A stretch of DNA of 64,000 nucleotides, taken from Thraustochytrium aureum. Taxonomy: Eukaryota. Shown piece after piece: positions 34,782 to 47,160 of the stretch. The notes below the pieces were generated by a model, which worked only from the letters and a program-made list of their open reading frames with translations, was not told where the DNA came from and did no database searches. Numbering within the stretch: position 1 is the first letter of the stretch; each line of letters begins with the position of its first letter. Position numbers and translations under genes: made by a program. The stretch is from the NCBI GenBank assembly GCA_012862495.1, contig BLSG01000216.1:585796-649795 (forward strand), written 5' to 3'.

Positions 34782-36799
34782 TCAAAAAGGGAGCAAACTT
34801 TCGCTCGTGATCTCTTTATACCAGTAGCTGCAGGGTGCCGAGCACGTCAAGGGCTTGTCGGCCCACGCTCGTCTGTGCACGGGCAATAGTCTACCGACTC
34901 GTAGTCTATCGAACCCGGGAGGCACCACGATTCGGAGTCGCCCTGTGACGAGCACTTGAGGGCGCCCTTGCGGTACAGGTCCACGAGTGAGCGAGCAAGG
35001 TTGGTAAACGTGAGCTGAAAGTCTGCCCCAACCGTATCTGAGCACTTTTCAACCGCCTGGCAGTTTGGCTCGGAGGAGACGTCGCACTGGCGCACTCGGA
35101 TCGAGTACTTGAACAGGTTGGGCGCCTCAGGGTAGGTGACGGTAAGCTTGTCCTGGCAAGGGGGCATGAAGGCGGGAATAAAGTAGAGCGGTGTCCAGGT
35201 GCCCTCGATGTTTGCATCGATGTAGACGCCGTCTTCACAGGAAGGCTTGTCGGAAATGGCGTAGCTTGCGATCCTCTCAGCACAGCCGCTTTCAGAAATA
35301 TCGCGGCGCTTGCCACCGTTGCCCCAGGTCTCGGAGGCTTGGTTGTAGCCTTCCTTCTCCACCATACTCCGGCAGACCGAGGTCGAGGTGGCGCCGAGCT
35401 GGCCGTTGTTGCGGATGGCCTCGCAGTACTTTGTCTTCCAGCGGCTGTCGCTCTTGCCGTCGCCCATGTAGCGGATGCAGGAATCGGTGTCCAAATCGGC
35501 GATGGAGCACCACTGCGCGGCGCACACTTCGAGGTGGTCTTGAGTGAGCGCAAAGTCCACGAGGTGCTTGCAGGCCTGAAGCGCGGTCGCTTCGTTCTGG
35601 ATGCACCTAGCGTGTAGGTCTTTGTTCTCGATGTAGCTNNNNNNNNNNNNNNNNNNNNNNNNNNNNNNNNNNNNNNNNNNNNNNNNNNNNNNNNNNNNNN
35701 NNNNNNNNNNNNNNNNNNNNNNNNNNNNNNNNNNNNNNNNNNNNNNNNNNNNNNNNNNNNNNNNNNNNNNNNNNNNNNNNNNNNNNNCCAGAAATCGTGC
35801 CGTCGACGCAAAACCCAGACCCAGAGTTGTCGGTGGCCTTGACGGTGACCTCCTGCACGTTGATGCGGGGGATCCCGGTCTCGCCTTCGGTTACGGCGCG
35901 GACGCACAGCATTTTCACAAAGGTCTCCGAGTTATCGTCGAAGAAGACCCATGAGACCTCTCTGCCGTCTGCAGCGACGCTTGCAATGGCGTTCAAAGGC
36001 ATGCCACCATTGCCAGTCCAAGAGGTGCTCTCCCCAGGACGGGCAAAGCAGTCGTCTGCGTCGAGGGTGTACTCCTTGTTCCGGATCGTAAAGCGAGCCT
36101 TCTTGATAATGCCGCGCTCGCCAAGATTGAGGTCGAGCTTGAAGTTGGGGGCGGTGTACATATTCATTGCGATCGTCTTTGAGAGGTCTGGGACGCACGG
36201 GCTGCCGTTCATGTTGATGTCCCATCCAACGGCGACGGTGCTGTCCTCACGCGTCCACCTGCAGCTCCCACCGTTCGGGTCCACTCGGGTAGCACATTGC
36301 GTGGCAGTGATTTTGCAAGAGTCCTCGCGCCCATCGCACGGGATCCAGAGGTCAAGTACTCCGTTGAACGCGACGCATTCGGGATCGCCGAAGCAGACGC
36401 ATGATTTGCAGCACTTGTCCTCCTCTTTCAGTGCGTCGAAGGTGAGATCTAGGACGATGATATCTTCGCGACCCAGGGCCTCGCATTGGCCAGCCACGGT
36501 GGGGTCGCAGTAGCTGCCCTCTGTCTCGAAGCTGCGGCACAATTGGTCAACCCCAGGAGTGCGTCGAAGATGCAGCAAGGAGTCCAGGTTTGCCTGGTCA
36601 TGACCTGTTGTACGTTGACGCACACGGGAGAGATGCTCTCGATTGTGCTCTGGGCACCAGTGTCACACAGACGCTGCGTCAGGAGTTGGCGGCGACGGAT
36701 GTCGTGCTCCTTTGCGGCGAAGACCAGGTCCTTCGGCGCCTTGGCGTTGGCGCCCGCGACAAGGCCAACAACGCCCACTGCGCTGTAAAGGAGACGCAT
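34782..36799 (-). CDS. Secreted Cys-rich protein with a von Willebrand D-like module (frameshifts at about 36560 and 34870, internal gap)
   Basis: Signal peptide MRLLYSAVGVVGLVAGANA; CVCFGDPECVAFNG resembles VWD CxxxGDPHxxTFDG; SGFC; many Cys. Confidence 0.7.
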
Positions 36800-38340
36800 C
36801 GTGCGGAACTCGACGCACTTGCGAAAAAGTTGTTTTGCTCGTCAGGACCACTTGGCGACTTGGCGAGCAGCGCGTTTGCTTCGTTTGGGGTCTGCTCCTC
36901 GCGAACGAGCTAAGGGCAGCGAGAACAACGACAGCTTTATGCTTTCCGCGCGCTGGGTTGAGCCGCTGAGGCGCGCGGGCCGTGCGAGCCGCTTTTGAGA
37001 GTCGAGTAGCAGGTACTTCGAAGGCAGCTGTTTCACTCTCTGTCTGTCGTTGAGTTGGATGAAAAAGAAAAGGCGCCTCGCCACCCACCAGTCAACGCTG
37101 CACTTGAAGGAGCGCCACAGATTTGTGCGCTGACACCAAAGCGGCCGACTCGCCAATCCTCAACCAGGCATCCGGCCGGCTCCAGGCCTCGCCGCTTCAT
37201 CATCATTCATCAGCCTCGCAAAGCTCTCAGATGATGAAGGGAGGCGCGCTGGGAGCCAGAACAAAAATGCAACTCGCTCACGTGCCCGGCCACGGCCGGC
37301 GCAGCGCAGGTCGGGGCGGTTGGCCATGGAGCAAGCTGACCACAACGACGGCTCGGAGGTATCTCGACCAGCAAGAGCTAGCTAGTACGGTAGGCCAACG
37401 GGTCGGTGGTGCACGTGTTCACAGACCGAGCTGGAGGCTGACTGAATTGCGTGGTCCAGTCTCCGCCTCCCACCTGGCGGCATCTGTTCTGAACTGCATT
37501 CGGACCCGAGCCGCTCGTCCCAATGCGCGCCACAGCGCCAACTCCTGAGGTTTGGGACGATTTTTGGGGTTGCTGCTGGGGACCCGCCCGCCTGGTGAGT
37601 GCACGTGTCGTCTTTCTCGGGAGCTGTGTGGAGGCTGCAGAACAAAATAAAACTCATTATTGATGTGGCCAGAGCGGGCTTCGGGCACGCTGATGAATGA
37701 TCAGCGAATCCGCGTCCGGGCTGACTTGCCGACTCGAGCTGAACGAGCTGAGCTGAACGCAACGGCACGTGTTCAACTGGCCCACTGCAGAACGCTGTTG
37801 GCGCGTGAGACCACAGGTCATGGGGAAANACGGACCGGAAGGACTCTGTTGGATGCAGAGCCAGCCCGGCGACGCTGCTGATGATCATGCGGCGGTTAGA
37901 CACTCGCTCTACAGCAACAGCAAGGAGGACCCTCCTTGCTGTAGAGCGACTGACTCCTCGCCGACCTTGCTGTGCTGTCACGACGCTGCCAGTGAAAAGC
38001 GAAGAGGGACTCGACGGGTATGGGTAGGCCAGCATGCCGGGTTCATTCGTGATAGAGAACACGCGCCGGACGGCAAGGTGCTGATGCAGGGAGAGTCCGC
38101 ATCGGGAAGGCGGCTTTGAGCCCTTTCTCTTGACTTCTTGGGCCTTGTTCGATGCAAGCTGCCCTAAATCCCTGATTGATTGCAGGCAAACGAGTTTGGC
38201 ACGTCGTGTTGCGTTCCGTTCTTTCTCAATTGATTGAAATGAAAGCACCACCTCATGCGAACCAAACATGCAAGTTCACATTCGCGCCAGGCCAAACGTC
38301 CGTGGCGGTGCAAACAACGAGTTCAGTTCCGAGGCAAGCC

Positions 38341-40380
38341 TCAGTTCAGGCAAGCGGGTTCTAAAGGCGGCGTCATCAAGCGAGAGCCAGCCAGCCTTTG
38401 CCCCACAATGCCTTCCAGGACGCATACATCCAGAGCGGCAATCTGGTAGGGTCCAAGTCTTCTGGAGTGGAGCGAACCACCCTCGCCATCTGAACTAGCA
38501 GTCACGAGCGCAGTTCTTGCGCGGCTGAGCAAACTATGGGCTGAAACCAGCTCCCCCCCTGCGGACGCCACAATGTGCTGGGCGATGTCTGGCCGGCGCG
38601 AGGACCAAACGAGACTCGCGCTCTGTAGCATCTCCGCGCTCACGTACGCAAGCGCGCAGTTGAACGCAGCTTGGTCGAGCAGATCATCGTCCAGGTCATC
38701 TGCGTGGGCTTGGCACAACCCCCACACGCGCTCGAAGGCAGCGAGAGCGTCGCGGCCGGGCCGTGGCCCACCTTCAGCTGCGAGAATGATGGCACGGTTC
38801 ATCTCAAGCTGGACGACGTCAGCAGGGGGCGAGTTCGCGGGCAGGTTGGCAATGGCAGCAGCCAAGTGCGCGAGCGCCTCACCCAGTTTGCCTTGCGATG
38901 CCAGGCAGTCCGCTAGCAGGGCCTCCACCCAAACCGGTACAGCGGCTCCGGCCTCTGTCGCCAAGCCCCCACGTTTGCGCAAGAGCCCTTCGGCCTCGCC
39001 CACGCGCCCGAGCTCCAACAGCGACAGGATTTCGACCTCATCAAGCGCCGGGTCGCACACTGCGCCCAACGCACGAGCTCGAGCGACTTGCTCGAGCCCC
39101 TCTGCGTGCCGGCCTGCGCCGAGATAAGCTTCAGCGAGCTCCGTAGCGACGCTGTCGGGGCGCGCAAAGCGCGTGCTGGCTTGCTGTGTTTTCACGAGAA
39201 AAACAGCGTTCTCGAGTTCCTGCGCGCCGCTGTTGCACTGCGCAAGGTGGGCGGTGAGGCCCTCGAGTACCCTAGCGCGGGCCGCGGCGTTTCCAAGATC
39301 GCCCTGGACCGCAGCCAACGCATGGAGCGCAGTTGAAACAAGGGCGCCCCAGGCACCGGACTGGGAGCTCTGCGGTGCGGCGCGCAGCGCGCGAAGCGCC
39401 GCTTCAATGGCCGCAGCTGCGCGGCCCAAATCCTTGCGCTCGGCAAAGATTTTGGCTAATGCAAGCTGGCCGTACGCCACTGCTGGGCTCCTTGGGCCGC
39501 TCAGAGTCTCGTCAGGGGGCTCAAGTTCGTTGATGTCGGATTCTGGACTTGCGCCCGCAGCGAGAGACCACATTCGGCCCAGGAACGCCAGCTCCTCGGT
39601 TTTGGTGCGATCAGGCTTTGCAGGATCGACGTGGTCAATTTGCGGCGAAAGCAGGGCTACGGCGCGACGCAGCTGGGCGGTGGCAAGCTTGCCCTCTCCG
39701 ATGAGCGAAGCAGCCTTCTGTACTCGAGCGAAACCAGCAACAAGCCTAGCAGCGTCAAGGACACGGTAAACGCGGCGACCGCACTGAGAAGAACCAGCTC
39801 CGTCTTCGCCAGGGCTTTCGTACAATGCGTGAGCAGCTGCAGGCGAGCCCCACTGAGCGAGAAGCGCTTCGAGCCGCACCACTGCCTGCTCGGCTTTGTT
39901 GGTCACGACGTTCGAGGCGCAAAGTCGCGCAGCAACGCAAACTGTCGCAGCGAGCAGAGCGCTCAACGAAGTGTCGCGTTCATCTGCAACCTGCACGGCT
40001 GCCAGGACGCCGAGGGCCCTAGCGCGAGCGCCAGGTGTCCCATCAGCAGCGCTGAGGACGTGCCAGCCGAGTCCAGCTGCGGTTGCCCACAAGCCGTCTG
40101 CCGCCGCAGCTCTCATCGCTGCTTCGCACTCCTCTGCAACTTGCTCTCTCTTGTGCGTTTGATTAAGACCCGCTGCGCGCGCCAACGCGAGCCCGACCGC
40201 GGCTTTGCAGAGACCAGCAGTCTCGTCCTCGGCAGCAAACGCGCCAGTCCCCGCATCCCGCTCCGCCACCGCCTCCCTCGCAGCGCCTCTCTGCAGCAGA
40301 CCATCGAGTCGATCTCGCGCTCGCTTCCTCCCCTGCTGCGCCGCGGCGTGCGCGCCGCCCAACCCAAACGGTGTTGCCAT
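38341..40380 (-). CDS. TPR-like helical repeat protein of unknown function
   Basis: 679-aa Ala/Leu-rich ORF with TPR-like units (LAEAYLGAGRHAEGLEQ; LADCLASQGKLGEALAHL). Confidence 0.65.
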   Translation of the reverse strand: MATPFGLGGAHAAAQQGRKRARDRLDGLLQRGAAREAVAERDAGTGAFAAEDETAGLCKAAVGLALARAAGLNQTHKREQVAEECEAAMRAAAADGLWATAAGLGWHVLSAADGTPGARARALGVLAAVQVADERDTSLSALLAATVCVAARLCASNVVTNKAEQAVVRLEALLAQWGSPAAAHALYESPGEDGAGSSQCGRRVYRVLDAARLVAGFARVQKAASLIGEGKLATAQLRRAVALLSPQIDHVDPAKPDRTKTEELAFLGRMWSLAAGASPESDINELEPPDETLSGPRSPAVAYGQLALAKIFAERKDLGRAAAAIEAALRALRAAPQSSQSGAWGALVSTALHALAAVQGDLGNAAARARVLEGLTAHLAQCNSGAQELENAVFLVKTQQASTRFARPDSVATELAEAYLGAGRHAEGLEQVARARALGAVCDPALDEVEILSLLELGRVGEAEGLLRKRGGLATEAGAAVPVWVEALLADCLASQGKLGEALAHLAAAIANLPANSPPADVVQLEMNRAIILAAEGGPRPGRDALAAFERVWGLCQAHADDLDDDLLDQAAFNCALAYVSAEMLQSASLVWSSRRPDIAQHIVASAGGELVSAHSLLSRARTALVTASSDGEGGSLHSRRLGPYQIAALDVCVLEGIVGQRLAGSRLMTPPLEPACLN

Positions 40381-41243
40381 TATGGCTCCCTACTCGGCTG
40401 CTGCAGCGACAGGCAGGCAGGCAGGCTGGCAGNNNNNNNNNNNNNNNNNNNNNNNNNNNNNNNNNNNNNNNNNNNNNNNNNNNNNNNNNNNNNNNNNNNN
40501 NNNNNNNNNNNNNNNNNNNNNNCGCGGGCGCCAAGCCAGCGAGCACAGGCGCACGTGCGCATACGCGGCGCTCTGCGCGTTTCTCAAGCGCTTGCGGCCT
40601 CACGCAGGGCGCGCCTCCTCCCCGCCGTCGTCTTTCGTTTCTTTTTTGGCGTTCCGCGTCTGCTGTCGCGCTTTGCTGCAACGACACCACCACAGCTGCG
40701 TTACGTATCTTGTGCGCGGTGTTTCGCGCGACTACGGTTTCTTTTCCACACTTTATCGTAACAAAGGGTACAAGTACGTCACAATAGTGCCACGCCCTTG
40801 CCACGCTGTCTCGTCCCGTGCAGCGTCGATCCATGCTGACGGGCTCACGTCACGCGCCCCCGCGCCGTTTCGAGCGGGGTAGCGGAGTCGCTGCGCTTTC
40901 GTGACGCGGAGCGGCCCCTGTATCGCAGGAAAAGTCGGATGAGACGAAAATGCTGCGTGACGTCGAGGCCCGCGTCGAAACGGTTGCCCTCGCTCGCGAA
41001 GCCATGACGTGACGGTGGGCTCTACGTATCGGCGCCGGCGTGCAGAGGCAGACACGCAACGAGCGCCTCGGGCTGCCAAGCGCGCGTTGACCGGGTCGCG
41101 GCCAAACCCTCACTCGCGTGCCTCGTCAGCCACCTACTCGAGTAAGTGCTCCGGAGGTTGTGCAGGTCTCGGATAGCGCTCGGTCTTGCTGGCTCGGGAG
41201 CGGGCCAGGCCTTCTGGTTGGCCTGGGCGCGAGCGCCGGCGCG

Positions 41244-42336
41244 ATGGGCGGGTCCAAGCAGCTGGTGTTTTACTTCGTGCAAGGGGAGCGCGGCGAGGAC
41301 GCCGCGCACCCAAACGTGTTCGAGGCCGAGGTCAGCCCCAGGGCGACCGTCGGCGAAGTGAAGGAGCAGTTTGCTCTACGAGGGCCTGTTGGAGCGAGAG
41401 GCGCCGGCGACTTTCACTGGAGGTTTCGGACGAACCTGCCCGGACGCAGCGGATACGTATGGATGGACGCGGGCTCGGACGCGGCGGCGGTGCCCACGTC
41501 AGGAGGGAGCATCTTCGCAAAGCTACTGCGGCTGAAGCGACTTTCGTGCAGCGCCCAGAGCGGGCTTGTGTTGAAGGGGAGCGGAAAGCGAGCTGGGGTT
41601 TCGAAATCTCAAGCGGCGCTTCGGACCCCGGCGGTCGCAGGCGCGGCGCCCAAGCCGGGGCGCTCCGGGGAGCCAGCGAAACGCACTGTGCGCCCCTCTG
41701 GTAGCTCAAAGGAAGAGTTGCTCGACTTTTTCAGCGGAAGCGGCTCTGCCCCTAGGGCAGCCACCAAACAGGAGGACCAGGCCTCAAGGTCGAGCGGCTC
41801 TGGGGCTGCAGAGTACGGATGGCTTGGGGGCGGCCCAGCACAAGGTAGCAACGCACAGGCAAAAGCCGCTGCAAAAGGGACTGACGACCCGGCCCTGCGG
41901 GGGCTGGACGCGCAAGAGCGGGCGAAGAAGCGCGTCGAGATGCGGAAAAAGCAAGAGGTGCAGGACCAACAACAAAAGGTGGAAGATCTCCGCAAAACGC
42001 GACGAGGACGTTGCGCGCGGGCAGGAGGAGTTTTCGCGCGTCGCGAGAGAGCTGAGCGCCAAGATGACGCAGTGGTCTGGCCCGGAGGGCAATTTGAAGA
42101 ATGTCCGAGCACTTCTGAGCACGCTGCACACGGTGCTGTGGGACGGGGCGCGGTGGGAGCCTGTTTCCGTTTTAGTGCGCCCGCTTGATGTGAAGAAGGC
42201 GTACAGGAAGGCGATGCTTGTCGTTCACACCGACAAGGTGGACAAGAACGCAGCTCCAGAGATCAAGTTTATTGCGCAGCGTTGTTTCGACAGCCTCAAG
42301 ACGCAGTACGCCCTATTTGAAGCGCGCGAGATGTGA
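41244..42336 (+). CDS. Auxilin-like J-domain protein with an N-terminal DIX-like domain; frameshift at about 41995
   Basis: N-terminal [38 protein letters not shown]-terminal [31 protein letters not shown]. Confidence 0.85.
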
Positions 42337-42379
42337 ATTGAAAATTGCTTCAGTAAGCCAATGAGTTCCTTCAATCAAA

Positions 42380-42433
42380 CAGTCTCTCGCCGCCGCGACG
42401 ACGAAGCAGTCTCTCGCCGCCGCGACGACGAAG
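42380..42433. repeat. Perfect 27-bp tandem duplication in the auxilin 3' region
   Basis: CAGTCTCTCGCCGCCGCGACGACGAAG x2. Confidence 0.95.
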
Positions 42434-42559
42434 TTGTGCGGACTCGAAGCGGCAATTGGCACCACACCGCACGGCCAAGGGATTTCTGCGGACCACAAAG
42501 CAGGCCCACGCGCCCACTCAGGCGACGGAACCTGTTTTGAGTTGTTGCAGAGTTATCTA

Positions 42560-43609
42560 CTAGCCCTCGCTCACCGGCAGGGCTGGCGACACCGGCGAGA
42601 TATCTGGGCGCGCCAGGGCCACGTCCGGTGCCCGGTCTTGCTTTCCTGAACCGCCCCGCAACGGAAACGCCTTGTCAGCGCTTGCGTGTTTCGTAGTCGA
42701 ACCGCTCTGTTGCTCTCCCGGTGACGTCGAGGGAAGAATCACTGATGCGCTCTTCGAATTGTGTCTGCGGCCTTGCATGACAGAAAAAATGGCGTGTACA
42801 GTACCCCCGTGGCCCCTTTGCATTGCGATTGGCGAAAATAGTAGCTGCAGCATCTCAAACGACAGGATCGCGGGGTGGAAAAACCACGCGATAGACGCCT
42901 GAGACGTGAAGTAAATTCCTACCCCAATGACGAGCAGAAATGAAACCAGAGCAACTATTACTCTCGACACCTTGGAGATCAACGCGAGGCGAAAGAGGAG
43001 GTATTCCACGCGGCCGCGAGCAGTTTGGGAGCCCGCCGACTTGTTCAAAGTTGGCCAAAATCTCAGCCTTGGACTTGAAGAGCATCTTCACGATGCGGTT
43101 GAGCATCGAGGTCATCGAGAGGGAGGTTGTTGCAAACACGCCACAAAGCGCGATGCCCATGATGAATTGTGCTTGGTCTGTCCCAAGAACCTCGGCCACA
43201 ACGACACCTGCTAGCGAAAGGCAACTTAAAGCGTTGACCAGCCTGGCGTGCGGCAAAACCATGCTTTGTTTGAGCTCGTGGACCTCGAGGTCCAGGAAGC
43301 TGCAAATTGGTGTGCAAATAACCAGAGTCACAGCCCGGTTGTGGGCGTCCATGGCCGGGAAGAGAAATATGATGAAAAGAGTCGACACGGCATTTGCTTG
43401 GCCAGCGTGCAGGACCGAGGCGATGTGGCAAAGGACGAAGAATGATGCAGCGACGCCCATGAGATATGTGTCCCTCAGCCTGTGCCTCGGTTTGTAATTG
43501 GTCCGCCGGAGCAAGACCACCAGCGTCTTGACGTGAAATAGCATCGCAAGAAGCGCGATCAGAGCAGTGACAGCAAACAGGGCGGTGCGCACGGCGTGCG
43601 GTGCGCACA
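42560..43609 (-). CDS. Multi-pass (about 7 TM) membrane protein, GPCR-like topology; 5' end in gap, frameshift at about 43050
   Basis: About seven hydrophobic segments across two joined frames, followed by a Ser-rich tail. Confidence 0.6.
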
Positions 43610-44497
43610 NNNNNNNNNNNNNNNNNNNNNNNNNNNNNNNNNNNNNNNNNNNNNNNNNNNNNNNNNNNNNNNNNNNNNNNNNNNNNNNNNNNNNNNNNNN
43701 NNNNNNNNNNNNNNNNNNNNNNNNNNNNNNNNNNNNNNNNNNNNNNNNNNNNNNNNNNNNNNNNNNNNNNNNNNNNNNNNNNNNNNNNNNNNNNNNNNNN
43801 NNNNNNNNNNNNNNNNNNNNNNNNNNNNNNNNNNNNNNNNNNNNNNNNNNNNNNNNNNNNNNNNNNNNNNNNNNNNNNNNNNNNNNNNNNNNNNNNNNNN
43901 NNNNNNNNNNNCGAGGTCACGTTCCGCGCATGTTGCCGTCTCCGTCTGTGGCGACCCGCCATCCGCCATGACGGGTCAGATCAAAAGCCCTGCCGGCGGC
44001 GCTCAACTTGGAACTGCTCGCGTTCGCCGTGCGACACGGCGTTGGAGCGGGCGGCGGCCGCCGCGGGAAGCAATGCCAAAGCTTCGCAACGGATCCGTCG
44101 CCAATGAGGTGTTCCACATTGACACGCCGCAACGGATTCCAGGATCTGTTCTCTGTTCGTTGCATCGGACTCAGGGCCGGCAGTTTCGCCGCTGTTCGTA
44201 ACGGCTGGCCAGGAATACGGGTTATAGACTTTCAGCTAGCTTCGCGCCAGTAGCAGTCGAGAATCGCGGCCAGCCGTTACGCAATCCGGTCTTGACTGGC
44301 TCGTCGTTTGCGCTTGTGAGGAGCACCTGGGACCGCCGATCCAGCGACGGCGATGCATGTGCCGGCTCCATACGGGTTCTCCTCGGATCCCAGGCGCTAG
44401 GAGCCTTGAAACCCTTGACTGGTTCCCGGGTCAACCTGTGGCTTTGGTTACTATAGCTGGGTATGTGCTGTCCTCTGTCCCTTCTACTCTGTCCCTT

Positions 44498-44513
44498 CTA
44501 CTCTAGCCTAGAG
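44498..44513. terminator. CTAG element variant
   Basis: CTACTCTAGCCTAGAG; no confidently assigned adjacent gene. Confidence 0.25.
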
Positions 44514-46102
44514 CAGAGCAGTTCGCCTTCCAGCGTCCTGTGATCGGGCTTCAGGAGTCAGCGCTTTCTTCCAGAGTTCGGCCCAAGAGGGCCACGGTGG
44601 TGTGGGACCTGTCGGGACACAGGCTCGCCTCTTGAAGGGCAACCTCCGGTTTTTGCGCCTCGAGTCGGCGGCGCTGGCGACCCGCCGAGTCGGTCGGCAC
44701 GAGGCGCTGGCGACTGCTCTGTCGTCTCGACTGCGCATGGCACGCCACCGCGAACGCTTGTGGCGGCGCCTCGGCCTCGGTGTCGGTTCTCCGACATCAT
44801 GATGCCAATCACGTCGCCTGCCAGACTTTTTTGTTCCAGGTGTTCTCAGACTGAACGAAGGTTTCAAGGGTAGTCGAAAAGACGATTCTGATCTCGGAAG
44901 AGTCTCGCCAGTTCCCCATGCTGCTCCCAACGTACGAGGCCCTACTAGAGTCGCCGCACTCACGTGCGTTCAAGAGCTCGTCGTGATGGCTGGTTTCGCA
45001 GTCTGTGGGCCCCGCACACCGAAACATCGGACCCCGAAACACTAGATCCGGTCGCTTCTGCCGCCTCGTGAAGCCAGGCAGCCAGGCAGCCAGCCCGCCA
45101 TCATGCCAGCNNNNNNNNNNNNNNNNNNNNNNNNNNNNNNNNNNNNNNNNNNNNNNNNNNNNNNNNNNNNNNNNNNNNNNNNNNNNNNNNNNNNNNNNNN
45201 NNNNNNNNNNNNNNNNNNNNNNNNNNNNNNNNNNNNNNNNNNNNNNNNNNNNNNNNNNNNNNNNNNNNNNNNNNNNNNNNNNNNNNNNNNNNNNNNNNNN
45301 NNNNNNNNNNNNNNNNNNNNNNNNNNNNNNNNNNNNNNNNNNNNNNNNNNNNNNNNNNNNNNNNNNNNNNNNNNNNNNNNNNNNNNNNNNNNNNNNNNNN
45401 NNNNNNNNNNNNNNNNNNNNNNNNNNNNNNNNNNNNNNNNNNNNNNNNNNNNNNNNNNNNNNNNNNNNNNNNNNNNNNNNNNNNNNNNNNNNNNNNNNNN
45501 NNNNNNNNNNNNNNNNNNNNNNNNNNNNNGATGCCAGCCTCAGAGCATATCGCCGCAGAGCAGCGTCAAGCGGGCGGATCCGGCGCTTCGGCTCCACGCG
45601 CAGCCAGCCGCAAGAATCAGTGTCTTCCCGAGCCGGAGAACTTCGGGGCCGACAGCGCAGTCCGTTATCGTGCCGGGTGGGCCCTGAGCGGTCTCCTGCG
45701 CTCAATCCCGCCAAGGTCGCAGCGAGCCGGATGTTCGGTGGCGGTCGGTGTTGGGGAAAGTGCGCAAGCGGGGTCCAAGGAGGTGGGCGCATTCGTACAA
45801 GTCGGGCTACTGATCAGAGGCGGCGAAGCGCGCAAAACCCCGGAAACGTGCCGCGCGGTCAGGAGGACCCGCTGGGCCGACTCCGGCCGCTCTCTTGAGA
45901 CAAGAAAGTCAGGAGTCACAGTGCGCGTACACTTTGCAAAGCGGCGGCAGAGGCACCGGCAGCTTCGCAAAGGGAAGGAAGGACTCGGAAGGGCAGGCTG
46001 GCGCGGAGTGCCGCCGTTCGGTCGGAGGTCGGAGTTGCGCTTCAACTCGAAGCAAGTGAAGCAGCATGGGGTAATACAGCCGTGCTGGTGCGTTGACTGA
46101 CA

Positions 46103-46313
46103 GTCGGACACGCGGTTGCAGTGGGGGGTTTAACGCATACCCGCTCACTGCAAGGCAAACACGGTTTATCGGCGTAACGCCACTACATATCTCCGACAAG
46201 TTCGCCCGTATCTCACGTTCGTGAGGCAGGGGGCGAAGCGCCGTGCCCCGCGCCAAAGCCGAGTTCTCACTCGCCTCCCATGGGAGGAGGCGAGATCTTG
46301 ACTTTTGTCCGAA
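46103..46313. ncRNA. Candidate structured non-coding RNA, family unknown
   Basis: Closing helix TCGGACA/TGTCCGA encloses several hairpins. No family consensus recognised. Confidence 0.25.
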
Positions 46314-47160
46314 GGCCGTCGTCACGGTGCTAGCGCAGGCTATAGCGCGCCACAGCAATCGTTACTACAGGTTGCTACGGAGCTGGCTCTGATCAGATCA
46401 GAACAGAGGCCGGCGGATGAGTGTTGCGGCCCCCCGGATCCCGCGGCAAAACGAAGTTGACCCTCTGCGCTCTTGAAAACGGGAGCTACTCCCCAGCGCG
46501 CACCACCACCTCACTGGGCCTTGCGCTTTGCCAACAGCGGAGTCTTGACCTCTGCGTTGCATTTTTTTGCGGCGCCTCCCTGCTCCACAACGGCTTACAC
46601 AGACCCGCCGCAGGTCCGCCCCTCCCGGCGCGCAAATCGCGATTCTTCTCACAACCGCCAGGCGACAGGGCCACAAGGCGCGGGAAGAGGCAAGAGGCGA
46701 GGGCCCTGGGGAGCGCGACTGCGGGCCAGGTAGGCGGCAGTCTGTCTGTCTCAGAGAGTCTCTGCCAGTTTCTGCAGCGCGTTTTGCAGCGGCAGAAGAG
46801 CGGCGCAGGAAAAGAGAAGGAAAAGACGACCAGAAGAAAAGAAAAAAAAAAAAGAAAAGGAACCTACGAAGCACATGCACGCATCGGCGCCGAAGCGGGT
46901 GGGCGGGCGTGCTTTGCTCGCTCAAGGCAGGCAGGCAGGCAGGCAGGCAGTCTCCAATCGCAGCCCGCGCCACGCGACCTGTCCAAGCGAGCGTGGAGCG
47001 AATCCCGCTGCGGCGGCCGCGGCCGGGAAGCTTTGGCGCTGTCGGTGTCTTGCGCGACAAGCAGTCGTCCTTGGGAGCTCTGGCAGCTGAACCGGGAAGG
47101 GAGGTGGACGCGAAAACCGCGCCCGCGCAGGGACAAGACGAGACGCGAGCGTGAGAAAGA

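Noticed and set aside
43912..46080. Short ORFs between the multi-TM gene and the candidate RNA
   Set aside because: No recognisable domain or consistent frame, and the region is interrupted by a gap.
45960..46410. U2-like (CTGTTCTGATC), SRP-like (CGGAAGGGCAG) and telomerase-template-like (TAAACCC) words
   Set aside because: The matches are short and partial and lack the flanking conserved elements.
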